NCBI GenBank assembly: GCA_001662655.1
Contig: KV460215.1
Length of the DNA: 64,000 bases
Reading direction: 5' to 3' (one strand)
Source of the DNA: Pseudogymnoascus verrucosus
Lineage: Eukaryota
Below the pieces are notes generated by a model. The model ran no database searches. It had not been told where the DNA came from and was given only the letters and a program-made list of their open reading frames with translations. Both the position numbers and the translations under genes were made by a program. How positions within the stretch are numbered: the stretch's first letter is position 1; each line of letters starts with the position of its first letter. Shown piece by piece: positions 49,721 through 62,269 of this stretch.

Positions 49721-50937
49721 TCACGGCCACAAGCAACTCGCATACTCTGGATACTGCTTCGGATACCCGTAAACCTCACTTAGCTCATCATTTAACAGAT
49801 GCGGCCCCTTCAAATGATCCTTCTGCTGCGCAAACAGATGTCTGACCAGCGCCACATTCCATGCAAAACTCGAGTGTCCCACGCCCGCAAACCGAGATGC
49901 GCCCAGCATAACCAAGAAATCTACCATCCCTTGTTGATCCCACGACAGCGCCTCTAGTTGCGCCACATCCTCAGCTCCGAGGACACCAATCTTCGTCGAA
50001 ACGGTAATGTTCTTCTCGGCCGCCTCTTGCGCGAACTTTGCGACTTCCTCCTAGTCACCCGACGCGATGTACACGCGCTTCAGCCCCGATGCGAGGGTCC
50101 CCTTTAAATAGAACTTGGCCTGCGTCTCGTAGCGGCTGTAGACCCAGTCTTCTGCGGGCCAGCCGAGCTGGGCATCATGCTCGGTGCGGAGGTGCGCGCC
50201 GAAGAAGAAGTCGGGGAGAATTGGTTGGGAGAGATTGGGAGAGTAGGACGCATTGGCCGCGAGAGCGAGGAGAGTTTTAGTGGCGAGGATGCGGGTGTCC
50301 GCGCGGAATTTGAGGAGTTTGCCAAAGGCAAGGGCAAAGTTTGCGCCGTTGCTACAGATGGGGTAGGTGAGGTATGATCGCTGAAGATTAACGATCACGG
50401 TTCCCTCTGGTGTAGACTCGACGTGCTGGCCGAGCCAGGCTTCAAAAGATTCCCGCCACTTCTCTGGGCGGCCAGTCCCGTTGACGGGACCTTTTCCTCC
50501 AGCGACTCTGGGAGCAGTGCAATTTGGTCATGGAATAGCTTGCCCTTCAGCTCCTCTATCCAGTCATATACCTTCTTCCCAGGGCAAGAGATGCGCAGCG
50601 ACTCGCGGAAGTGCGCAGGGTCGAGCATGTAGCCCATGTCTGTCTTGACACTCGTGCGGATCTCGGCACTGTCAGCATCATTGCGCAGGACGATGGCAGG
50701 CTCAACGAGAGCGGCACCGGCGGAAATGGCAAAGCGCACGCAATTCAAAATGGAATTGCGGATGTTGCCAATGCCGCCAACACTCTCGGAGCACGTGAAT
50801 ACTAGGGCTGGATTCCACTCGGTGTCAGCGCATATGCTGCGGATGGCCTCGGAATCGGCGACGTGGGAGTACAGGACAATGCTGACGCTGATGGCAAGGA
50901 AGATGGCAATGCGGACGGCGGCGGGTAGCCGGATCAT
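49721..50937 (-). pseudogene. O-fucosyltransferase-like glycosyltransferase with a frameshift (~50470) and a stop (50051-50053)
   Basis: N-terminal TM anchor, GGIGNIRNSILNCVR, GAHLRTEHDA, VYIASGD*, VDFLVMLGASRFAGVGHSSFAWNVA across three ORF pieces. Confidence 0.75.
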
Positions 50938-51544
50938 GGCTGTAGCATTCTCGGAACGAGTAAATGGCAATATATGTTAAGTATCTCAAACGCGTACCAT
51001 CATCCTCATATCTCCCTATCTTCCCTTGTAAGACGCGACTAAGCTTTGGGGCGTTTGACAATGCCACCTTGGATGTTCGCCAAGAGAATTCCCAATCAAC
51101 AGGCCAGGCTCAGGCAGGGATTAAGGCGGAGCCGGATAAACCACTACTGCGCTGCTATTTATACTTTTTCATATTGCCTTCAAATCAGCATGGCAGATAA
51201 GCATGACGTGGGGATACAATATTTAGAGAAGGTTATATCTAAATCTCATTGCTGCACATATAAAGAATAAGTAGATAAGCTTATAAGTCTCCGCCCCCTA
51301 GGAATACGACCCATTAGAACGCTAAAGCAATAAGTGTAATCACGTGATATTTTAGCTTAGTCATCAGGCGACGACATCGATCTATCTCCGTCCTCGAGCT
51401 CCGAGCTACAGCTCCATCAATACCCCAGCTTCTAACCACGACTCTCAATATCCAGCGACACTTCACCGCTTCAAACAAGGGAGCTGCATATTCCTATAAC
51501 ATACCAAGAGCCAATCCCTCATAACACCCCCCACCGTCGCCAAT

Positions 51545-52074
51545 ATGAAGCCCGTCGTCAGCATCATGCATGCCTGGTCATGGTATGCCCTCCCTACCCA
51601 TCAGCCCCCACCTTCTTACTATCAAACCGCAACTACCCGCGCGCGCGATTTGAACACAAAGCTAACGGTATGAACCAGCATCGTCATCTCCGTCTTCGCC
51701 ATTGTGATCCTCTCCGTCCTCGGCGCGCTGTTCAACGCAAACCACCACAGCCTGATGGATAGCAACGACGATCCAGAGGATGGGACCGTGGTGGCAGGGA
51801 CGGCATTTGCGGCTGTGGGTGTTTATGGGGTAGGTGCTCTTTTCTTTCTCTGTATGTGGTGTGGCGTGGGGTTGGTGTCCTTGGCCGGCGATGGGTATAC
51901 GGGGCTGCCTGGAGAGCTGGGGGATGGGTGGAGATGTTTGTGGAAGATGGGGAGAATGGGAATTGAATTAGGTGTGCAGAAGGCTAACGCGTCATGCAGT
52001 TCTTCCTTGTTTTCTGCGGCCTTCAAGCATGGCTGCACGCGCGTGAGTCGAGGCGTGGGGCCATCGCTTTATAG
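51545..52074 (+). CDS. V-ATPase V0 subunit f / RNase kappa (RNASEK) homolog
   Basis: Exons 51545-51582, 51679-51829 and 52000-52074 give MKPVVSIMHAWSCIVISVFAIVILSVLG..DPED..AAVGVYGFFLVFCGLQAWLH..GAIAL with two TM helices. Confidence 0.85.
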
Positions 52075-55000
52075 ATACCGCCGATATGGGAATCCACAGC
52101 CTCCAGAGCCGTGGCCGACCTATCGACTAATCGAGCAGCCGATATTCGAGGTTTAGGATAGGAGAGATGAGATGGAATTGAGCTAGACCACTTCGAATAG
52201 TGGCCGACTAGCGAAGCGTGATACCGAAGAAGAGAATCGAGGATAGGAGGGGGCGAGGGATAGGCGAGCATTCAGCGCTCTCCCCACAGCAGGAGCGCGG
52301 CGTTTCAGGGGTTCGACACATGGGATTGCTATTTTTCTCTTACGGTATAGATATTTGCGCACTTGATGGGACCGGGAGGGTGGAAGATAGAAAGCATCTA
52401 GGAAGCGAGGTGTTGAGACAGAGGGAGAAGGCGAGGATTGGGAGTAGGAACTCGGGATTGGAGTTGTACGAATAGTTGTACGGAGCCAGCCACCATATGG
52501 GAATACAGGAATATATTCTCTGGACCACACATCTCACTGCCGTTAGTGACTGCCGCATCCTTTTCCTCTAAAGTGGACTGAGAGCTAGAGGCAGATGGGA
52601 GAATCGGGGCGCTATTAGGGCGCGCTTACTCTCTTGCCCGCGTCTCATGCCGTAGATGCATGAATTATCATGGATCACATTGATCGCCCCGAGCGCCCCG
52701 CCTTGAGACCGCGCGCGTCTTAATACTGTAACCGCATCCATCGCGTCACCTACCCCTCTTTCTAGCGTCTAGAGTGTCTGCGCCTTTTGCCGCAACGAGA
52801 TCGCTCGCGTCACTCGTCACTTATCACTGCATATAGAGTGGGTGGCGTCGGCCATAAGTATACTGCAACCACATCCTTCGGTCGTCTGGTACGTTTATGC
52901 GTATGAATTACGCCACTTATTGCTCACCCCCTCCTCTTATATAGAGCACTCGCATCTCGATTCCAGTTGCGCATGCCATGGATGCAGTGAACCCCCACGT
53001 CTTTGGCACCGCTTCTGTGGCAGCCTCTGTCTGGCCACGGGGGAGGGTGTGAAAAGCAGTATAGCGCATGCATGTTGCGTAGTATGTAGTGGTAGAAATG
53101 AAGGGAGAGAAGGGGGAGGGGAGGAGAAAAAAAACACGTCGTGTTTCGTAGTCGATCCGGAGATGTGAAGGCGGAAGGTGGAGCATGTCATGTCTCGGGG
53201 AGCAGATAGGGAGGGCGCACCTTACCAACATCGTGACGACGATCACCAAGCTCTACACCTGTCACCCCTCTTCAAATCGCGTAGGCGGTTCTCGCCCGCT
53301 GTCATCACCAACTTCGGCCTCAAATGCTGACTCGCAGGCTAGACTCACTTCTGTAGCATGCTCAAAAGAGGAAGGGGCGAACGGCGTATACAACTCGCTC
53401 CTTCCTCCGTTTGCACTTTCCCTCATTTGCAAACCCTCCCTCGTTTGTTCTTTCCATTTTGGAACTTCCCTTCCTCGGCACTTTCCATCTTTCAGTTCTC
53501 CACTCATTCACTCTCACACCCTCCTCTCCTCGTTAACTCACGTGGTCGACTGTGGCGGTGCCTACCTGGAGTAATCTCGCCAGGACTTCTTCGCAGTGTC
53601 TAGGGAACTGTGTACGTACTGTACTCCGTAACTATTGATAGTGAGACTTTAGTGCATAGACGTATCATATCGTTGAAGATTCACCGGAGACACCTCCGGT
53701 CCAATGTGATTTAGTGGGATGGAAATTAGTGTAAATGCCATGGCGTTGCGGCTCCCCTTTCCCATTCGAATTTCGCCATCACTTGATTTCGGTGGTTGAC
53801 TTTTTTTTCGGAGGAAGGGTCCGCTCGGCGGGTTTTTACCGGCAAGTGGGAAAAGAGGACATGACGGGTTTTTAGTCCGGATTGTTCATGAAAAGGGTCG
53901 TCATGATCGTGATTACTGATTGCTTACTGATGTGCACTGTGAATTGCCGGTGGCTCTGTGCCTATATCCAAATCTTCAGAGTCAGCATTGTAGTGTAATC
54001 AATCGGTGCTTTGTGTGTGCCATGCGACTCCGATCAGATAAGTGAGTGTGTGCGGAGACATCCCCGACACCCACGAAATCCACAAATAAACTTGGACACC
54101 AGGTCCACAACGTCCTCTCTTCGCCCACGCCACAGGATCTACAGTGGCGAGACCGCGACGGCATTGGGTATTTAGCTGAATTTGGTATTTAGCTGTATAT
54201 TTTACAGCTTACCATGGTTCTTACACTAGTAGGTGTGGCGAATATGTCTTCCAAGGCAGCCTTGGCCATCTTGGAAAAGAACATCAGCCACTGAACAATC
54301 ACCGTTGTTTAGTACAGAATCTGCGACGGGAAGGCCGTTTTCACGTGCTAGCCGTGGTGAGAGTGACAGATGACAATGATTAACAAATGACAGTGACATT
54401 GACAAGTTATTGTTGGGAGAAAAGGCCCACGCATACCTTGGTAACGCGTCCAAGATCTTGAAGGGGGTACTTTTCGTTCGTCGTCGCTCTCCCAACATCC
54501 AGCCGCCTCGTCATCGAAGATCCCACTCACCGCGCCGGCTCAGCTTTACCGGCCGCGTTGGTACTCTGCCGCACAGTCGAGACGAAACACACCGACCTGA
54601 CTTGATCCATCGATGCAGCACACGACTCAGCTCACCGATCGTAACCAACCTCATAAACACCGTAGACGCGGAGATGGCAGGATGCCCGGAATCCTCTATA
54701 CGCAGTCGCATGGTCACATCGTCCCATCGCATCGTCTCATATCGTCCCATCCATCGTTCCATCGCATCGTCCCATCCATCGTCCCAGAGTTGCAGTAGCT
54801 ACGCCGTCTCAACGGTGCCCTGGAGGGCTGAAAGATGCGTTGTGCCGCACTCAATTCACTCTGGCTGATGTGCCGTAGATCATTGGTGGATCTAGATGGA
54901 TGATGGAAGTTGTGGGCGATTTTTTGGTGAGTGGTAGTGGGTAGTGGGTGGTGGTAAGTGGTTGTGGCTGCATTCACACTGCATTCATAATGACAGGGTC

Positions 55001-57396
55001 CAGTTAATGGTGTTCAGCTGGCGATGGGTGTCAGTGCCTCTATCCTCGTTGTCGTGGAGTACTTACTGCATAGGATATGCATAGAATGGAAGAGCCAGCC
55101 ACCCTCTGTGCACTGTGTGTACTGTGTACAGAGCGGACCAGTACCACCTGAACTATGACACTAAACTCCCCCTTATCCACCCCCCTTACCCCCCTTTAGA
55201 GTACCACCCCCCTCCCCCACCGTAAAAATTCAGATTGACCAAGGAACATTCGCAGTGTACGGGTGGAGTCAGGGCCTGTCGGTAATCTGAACTTTCCCAT
55301 CTCAATCTCGGGTCAGCAATTTGGCAATCCCATCATTTGGTGAACCCCCCATATATGGGCCCCCATCATTTCTGCTCATCCCTGGAATCAACGCCACAGT
55401 GCCATTGTGTGTGCTTTATGTCTTGTACACGGTGTCCGGTCCCCCCCCACCATCTTCTCCCCCTCGGAGACACATCCTTCTTCGTTGTGGTTTGCTGTGT
55501 GTGTGTATGTCTGTCTGCCTGTGTCTGTGATCACTCCGTAAAAAGGAACATTAGATATCGAATACCTACTGTACCCATACAATATATTATGTATCTCTCT
55601 AATCCATTTATGTGTCTGGAACATACTGCATAGCCGTCACAGGCATCACAACCCCCCCCCCCCCCTTCCTTCCCCCTTACTTCCCCCACCACCACCTAGC
55701 ATTCAGGCTCCATTCCCCGCAAACACCTTGCTATGTCTGTTATGCTGTATTCGTTATGCTGTATTAGTATGCATGTTGTACGGGCTGCACTGTACAACAC
55801 ACGCATGTACTGTACTGTAACTCGTCTGTACACATGCAGCCAATGCAGGTAATATTATACGGCCAGTCCCTGCCGTGCCTGCCCACATGGCCCCGCTGAT
55901 CTGTGGGCGGAAGGAAAGTGAATTCGAGAGGCAACAAAGACAATGAAGGCCATGAGGTGATTAATAGATCTTTCCCTATACAGAACTTATTTCAGTACCT
56001 GGGGTGTTTCTTCCTTGCTATTATTCCTTAACTTATACTCCGTACTTGGCTATAAAAAAAATTAGTATCTGTCCTGTCCTATATGGGAAATGCACACGCG
56101 GCCGCAGCCAGCAAACGGAACTTGGGGGTTGTTTGCCTCTTGTGTGTTGTCTCGAACGCTCTAGTATTCGCCGCCGTCATAGCTCTTGAGGCGCCTCATT
56201 TTCTCTCACTTTTACGTCCCGGTACTTCCTTTCTGGGCCCCGTTTTATAGCTTCTCACACCCTCTTATACCACTAACGACGACAACCTTGGATCTTTTAG
56301 CTTTCTACTAATTTTCAGAGGGGTTTGTTTGCCTACCCGGCCCCGCTTTCCCACTCGCACCTGCCTTCCTGCCCTGCCCTACCCTGTCTTGCCTATCTAT
56401 CCTCCATTTTCTCCAATGCCGGCCACCACTTAGCCATCATCATCATCGCACCTTCTGGCCCAACGGCGGCGCTTAATACCCTTCCAACTCCACTTCTTCT
56501 CATCCCCCATCCGGAGCCTAAGCCTGAGCTTACAAACAACAACCAACTTCAACTCCAACTCTCCAAACTCTCCAACAATCCCATTTCCCATATCCACCCC
56601 CCCAACCAACCTTCTCCCACTCCTAACCCCCTCCCCTCCCCCCACCCCGACGATCCCCATGCTTCATCTACGGCGCTTCTCCCTATCCGCCCATCACACG
56701 CGTGCCTGATCTCACATACGAGCTCCGCCACCAGCCACACACAACAAACGTACCCAGCTGTACCTATCTCACCTCACCTTGGCCAGCTCCTCCCCCCCTC
56801 CCACTCTACAAGAACAAACAAGCCCCGGCAAAGCACGACCCGCTCCCCGCGCGAGAGCGACAAAAACTAGAAGAATCTCAGTAGTCACGACTGGTCAACT
56901 TCTCAAAGTTCGCCAGCGTGGCCCCCAAACCGCCAACTCCACACAGCAGATGAAAGCTATCCTTTCTTGTCTCTTGTCTCCCTAGCCCCCCGCCCTGAAG
57001 ATCTCCTCTCTTTCTCCCGTCACATATGTGGCGTACCTTTCATGTTTCTGTCCAAGTTTAACAGCCTCAAACCTGTCACCCGCCACACCTACATCAACCC
57101 ACGTCCCCCCTTCCAACTATTCGCAGCGTCTTCCCCTTCTCCTTCCCCACTCGCCTTCCGCTCTGGACTGTTGGATATCCCCTACCGCCAGAACCCCTCA
57201 GCACATACCCCTTTCGCCCACACTACTCACCGTTTCACATCATCTGAGCCATGGTATAGAATAGTCCCAACTTTGTGAGACGCATGCCCTACTTCGTGCT
57301 CGCTTCCGCTCCCTCACCACCACACCAGCGACGGAGTGACACCAAGCAACCGCCCTACGCCGAAATTCCATATCCGCTATATCAACTAAAAGCGGG

Positions 57397-59484
57397 ATGT
57401 CGGACCTCCCTGAGCACTTGCGAGACCAGTATAGTTCCCAACCCCAAGATGACGACTCGCAGTACCACACTCAGCAGAGTTACTACCAGGCCCAGGTCGG
57501 GATGAACTACCCGCCATCAGCGCAGCAGCAACCGACCATGAATCAGTCCCAAGGCAGCGGCGGTCGACACACGGCGCTCAACATGGGAGCGCTTGCCGGA
57601 GCACTGCCGGACCCCAACTACGGCCAAGCCTTCCCCCAGCAGTCGCCACAACGATACCAGACGCTCCCTCCAAACGCAGCCATATCGTACCAGCTGCAGC
57701 AGCCGTTTGCGCAGGCCCCCACGGGACAACCGTCGCGAAACCAGCAAGGAAATTCACAGTACCCCTCGCAGTTCCAGCAACAGCAGTTTCAGGGAATGTA
57801 CCTCCAGGGCCCTGGGGGGCACATCCAACCCGTCCAGGGCGGCCTGCCGATGAACCAGCAGCAGTATCCGGGGCAGGGCTTCGCGCAGCAGCAACAGCGG
57901 CCACAGGGCATCCAGCAGCAACAAAACCCCCAGTTCTACTACCAGCAGGCGGCACTATATTCGGGGCAGACACAGATGTTTCAGGGGGGCGTATTTCCGC
58001 AGCAACACGGCTCTAATCAGTCGAGCCGTCGGCCAAGCGAGCAGCTGAGCGTCGGTGCTAGCTCTGATATTGGACGGGCTAGTAGTACAGGTGAGCCAAC
58101 TTTCCACCCATTCCCTCTATCCCCTTTGGCCACGAGAGCAAAAACATAACAAGCCCCAGGTTCTAGTGCCGGAATACCCACCACGATCCGCGGCCCCCCA
58201 CGCAAACCCAAGCAATCCGGCCACGCGCTATGGGTCGGCAACCTTCCTCCCGGCGCGAGCGTCGTGGACCTCAAGGATCATTTCGCGCAGGACGCGACGG
58301 AGGACATCCTGAGCGTTTTCTTAATCTCTAAGAGTAGCTGCGCGTTCGTAAATTACAAGACAGAGGAAGCGTGTGCGGCTGCCATGGCCCGGTTTCACGA
58401 TTCGAGACTTAAAGGGGTAAGGCTCGTATGCAGACTCCGAAGGAGCGCGGCGAGTGTACCAGGGGGGGTGCCAACTGGACCGGCGGCTTTGGTAGGAACG
58501 GGTGCAAGGGTGGAGGTGGACTCTGGGGCCGGGGGTGCTGGCGGGGAGGCAGACGGGGATGTGAATGGGGAGGAGGATGAGGGTGGGGATGGTATGCCGA
58601 CTGTTGACGAAGGGGCGGGTGCGCCGGCGAAGGATAAGTATTTCATCGTTAAGAGCTTGACGGTCGAGGACCTGGAGATGAGCGTGCGCAATGGTGTCTG
58701 GGCTACACAATCCCATAATGAAGCAGCCTTGGACAAGGCATATAAGGTGCGTCACCTCTTTCTCCTAGCGCATATCACTGCCACTCCTGATTTTACGCCC
58801 CCTAGACCCTGCACCCGAAATCCGGGGCGCGAGCTAACCACAACCCCTATCCAGACAGCCGACGCGGTCTACCTCATTTTTTCGGCTAATAAATCAGGCG
58901 AGTATTATGGCTACGCCCGCATGACATCCCCCATAAACCAAGATCCCGCGGCTAAAATCTCCTTCGCTCCCCCACCGACCTCTGCCGCCGCCCCTGTTAC
59001 GGAACCAGGGGCGGCAGGGGCGGCAGGCGGGACGGCGCTTAATGACCCTGACCAACCCACCGCAACAATCACGCCTGCTTCTGCTACTGCGCCACGGGGA
59101 CGTATCATCGATGACTCTGCGCGCGGGACTATCTTCTGGGAAGCTGACGGCGCGGCTGCCACTGCTGACGGGGACTCTGGTGGCAACAGTAATGGGGACG
59201 GGGGTAGTGGGAGCGGGGACGAGGAGTCCCCCTCCCCTCCCCTGGCTGGTTCAGGTGCGGGAGGGGCAGCATGGGGCAAACCCTTTAGCGTTGAATGGGA
59301 GTCGACGCGGCGGGTACCGTTCTTTCGGACTCGGGGTCTAAAGAACGCGTGGAACGCCGGGAGGGAGGTGAAGATCGCGCGGGATGGGACGGAGATTGAG
59401 ACGAGGGTTGGGCGGAGACTTATTGGGTTGTTTGGGGGGGTTTCAGGTCCGGGTGGAAGGGAGGGGGGCGGAGATGAGAGGTAG
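57397..59484 (+). CDS. RRM + YTH domain RNA-binding protein with a Q-rich N-terminus
   Basis: RRM ALWVGNLP..CAFVNY; YTH KYFIVKS..GVWATQ..VYLIFSANKSGEYYGYARM..GKPFSVEW..NAWNAGREVKIARDGTEIE; introns 58091-58159 and 58747-58854. Confidence 0.9.
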
Positions 59485-60079
59485 AGAGGAGCGGGAAGGG
59501 GCTGCGCATAAGTGCGGTTGTGAGGGGAGCATGGCATACTAGCCATTGCGTGATGTGCACTTATCTGCTTGCCTCCTGCCTGCCCTCCTACCTACTTGCC
59601 CGCCTATTTGCTTGCCTGTCTGTCCCCTGAGTTCGCTCAGGGGCCACCTCCATAGGGCCAGGCTTGATCCCGTATATATGGAGCTAGCTGGCCAGCAACC
59701 AACCCGGCTTGCAAGTCGAGAATCTAGGAAGTCATATAGGAGTCATGTAGGTGCTCTACATGCTTGTGTGTGTTTATGCATATGAGCTCCAAGTGTTTTT
59801 AGTCTTTCTAGCCCCCCGTGTGTTTGTGTGTAATGTTTTTGCTGATGGTATCGAAGCTTGCTGGTGTTATATGGCGTTGATGGATGGTAGGGAGGTTGGT
59901 TGGTGGTGTCTGCTGTCGATGACAAGGACGCGAGTTGATGCCGCCAGTCGATGCTTCCGGTTGATGCTGGATGCTGTTGATGGTAGGGAGGCAGGTTGAT
60001 GCTGATGGTGCCTGTCGGTTGATTCTGCATTCTATTGATGCTAAGGAGTAGGCAATGCTGTCTACTGTTGACTTTGCCT

Positions 60080-60510
60080 GCTGTTTATGACGCTTCTGTC
60101 AATGCTGCTTCTGTCGATGATGCTGTTGTTGATGTTGCTTCTGTTGATACTGCTGCTATCGGTTCAGTTGCTATTGATGCTGCTTCTGTCGATGCTGCTT
60201 CTATTGATGTTGCTTCTATTGATGATGATGCTACTGCCCTACTACTGTGGATGATGCTGTGCTGGCGTCGGTGCTGCTGCTGTCGATGCTGCTGCTGTTG
60301 ATGACTTTGCTATCAATGCATCTTGCGTTAATTCTACTGCTGTCAATGCTGCTTGTGTTGATTCTACTCCTGTTGATGCTGTTGGTATTGATGCTACTTC
60401 TGTTGGTATCGCTGCTGTCGATGCTGCCCCTGTTGGTATTCAGCCTCCGATTCTGCTGATATCGATGCTGCTTCTGTTAATGTTGCTTCTGCTGATGCTG
60501 CTTCTACTAA
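60080..60510. repeat. Degenerate 15-bp minisatellite (GATGCTGCTTCTGTC)
   Basis: More than 20 variant copies; reads VDAAS on + and STEAA on -. Confidence 0.75.
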
Positions 60511-61809
60511 GCTGCCTGTTGTTGCTACTAGGGAGGCGCTTGATACCGAGGCTGGTATTGACGCGAACGGTCGGTCATATTGCGATACGAGAGGAGTTGA
60601 TTCGTGAGTTTACGTTCGTACGAATGTGGATTCGCGAGTAGTTAGGATCGTGGGCCGGTTTTTTGTTACTGGTGAGCCTGGGAGCTTGTTCAGTTCGTGG
60701 AAAGTTCTCCGTGGCGACTTGATGGATTAGTGAGTTGGTGGGTAAGAAAGCTCGGTTATAGGAGGTGCTGGGTGAGCCATCCCGCCCGCGACAGATGGAA
60801 GATGATATTCGAACACAGCGCGAGATGGAAGGCAAGTCCATCTTTAGGACAAGAAGCGGACTGATTACCCCTCACGAGCACAACCACTTGGAACCCAGGG
60901 ACATACTCACGGTATGGCGGGAGGACGGGAGGACGGATAGGTCCGAACGAGTCAGGGGGCGACAGGGCGGCGAGGGTTACTACCACATTCAGGCGCCTTT
61001 CTACCCGATCCCAGTCCGTCTATTTGCTCGCGGCTATCCTTGGCGCAAGTCATTGCGCAGATGTTGGTTTTGATAGAGCGCGCCGTACACGCGCGCATAC
61101 GGGAGTGGAGGAAGGGAGGGGTCTCACGGTGGATGTGGCGGCCAGTGGCGGCAGTTGAGGGCTGTATACGGCGCCCGTGGATGATGTACATACGGTGCCC
61201 AGGGCGCGGAGGGATACCAGGAGCCGGGTATGTGATGGTGGCGGCCGGGAGAGCACGAAGGATTGCGCTATTGGAGACTTGTCAAACGACAAAGGGGCTT
61301 CTAAAACAGGAGCTGGGCATGAAGCATACAAGTACGTAAGGGAGGCGTCCATACAAAAGGGGAGACGCGGATGATAAAGGGGACGACCATACGGTGTTTG
61401 TGCTACAGTATGACCTCCATATGAAAATCAATATTCGAGTCTCACTCTTTAGGTGGGCTTAACAGTACCGAAATACAGCTATACAGCCAAATTTGGATAC
61501 AAGGATGTCCTCCGGGCGGCATATGTCAGTCACCCCTACTCAGAGCGCATCCTTATTACAAGGTCCGGTCTTTAAGAAAAAAATAACAGGGACCAACAAT
61601 TTCATAAATCCATATATTCGGGACATCCAGGATAACCCCGCACGGAGAAATCCTTATTTTCAAGTTTAACGGTTTAACTGCAACGTTGCCTCTATTATTA
61701 ATTGCTGAGATTCAACTCCTAGTGATATTCTTACATGGAGGTTCCACTATATTGAGTGGGGAGTGGCGTGTTTTGTGCAGTAGAGGGAAAAGAGCCTTGA
61801 CCCAACCAA

Positions 61810-62140
61810 GGGGACGGACGCTAGTAGGTGATAAATGCTAGACTTGTTACATTTCACGATAAAACTAAATGATATAAAATAGATGCTTCTAATGGCTTTA
61901 ATATAAGCTAAATGGCTATACTTTTAGACATAAAAAGGTAGTGATTTTGTTGATGGCTAATGGGAAAGAGCATGGTCTTGAAAAAGGGGATGGACGCTAG
62001 CAGCTTGTAGGTGCTAGACTTGTTACATTTCACGATAAAACTGAAACATATAAAATAGATGCTTCTAAGGGCTTTAATATGAGTCGAATGGCTATAATTC
62101 TAGTCGCAAAAAAGTTGTTGTTTTGTTGATGGCTGATGGA
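61810..62140. repeat. Imperfect tandem duplication, ~176-bp period
   Basis: GGACGCTAG..TGCTAGACTTGTTACATTTCACGATAAAACT..ATATAAAATAGATGCTTCTAA..TTTTGTTGATGGCT occurs twice. Confidence 0.85.
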
Positions 62141-62269
62141 TCAATTATTATGGGGGTCAAATGAGACATTTTTGAAAACCATCCAAGTGTCCACCGGAGC
62201 CATAATGGCGATTACATTAAAATTTGCACTATCTATATATTTCGTTCCTCCACACTCTACCACCCGCCA

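Noticed and set aside
49721..50937. Alternative oxidase label often attached to this family
   Set aside because: No di-iron ExxH motifs; the HLRxExD and SSF motifs fit an O-fucosyltransferase-like fold.
19700..51000. Starship element call
   Set aside because: No tyrosine-recombinase captain or bounding direct repeats were recognised in the window.
52100..57250. Many short ORFs in the long intergenic region
   Set aside because: Low-complexity UTR/promoter-like composition, with no recognisable domains or consistent splice models.
60765..61374. Possible small gene (MEDDIRTQRE..)
   Set aside because: No recognisable domain or coherent exon structure; support is insufficient.
61383..61397. ACGACCATACGGTGT resembles the 5' end of fungal 5S rRNA
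   Set aside because: The similarity stops after ~15 nt and no internal 5S boxes follow.
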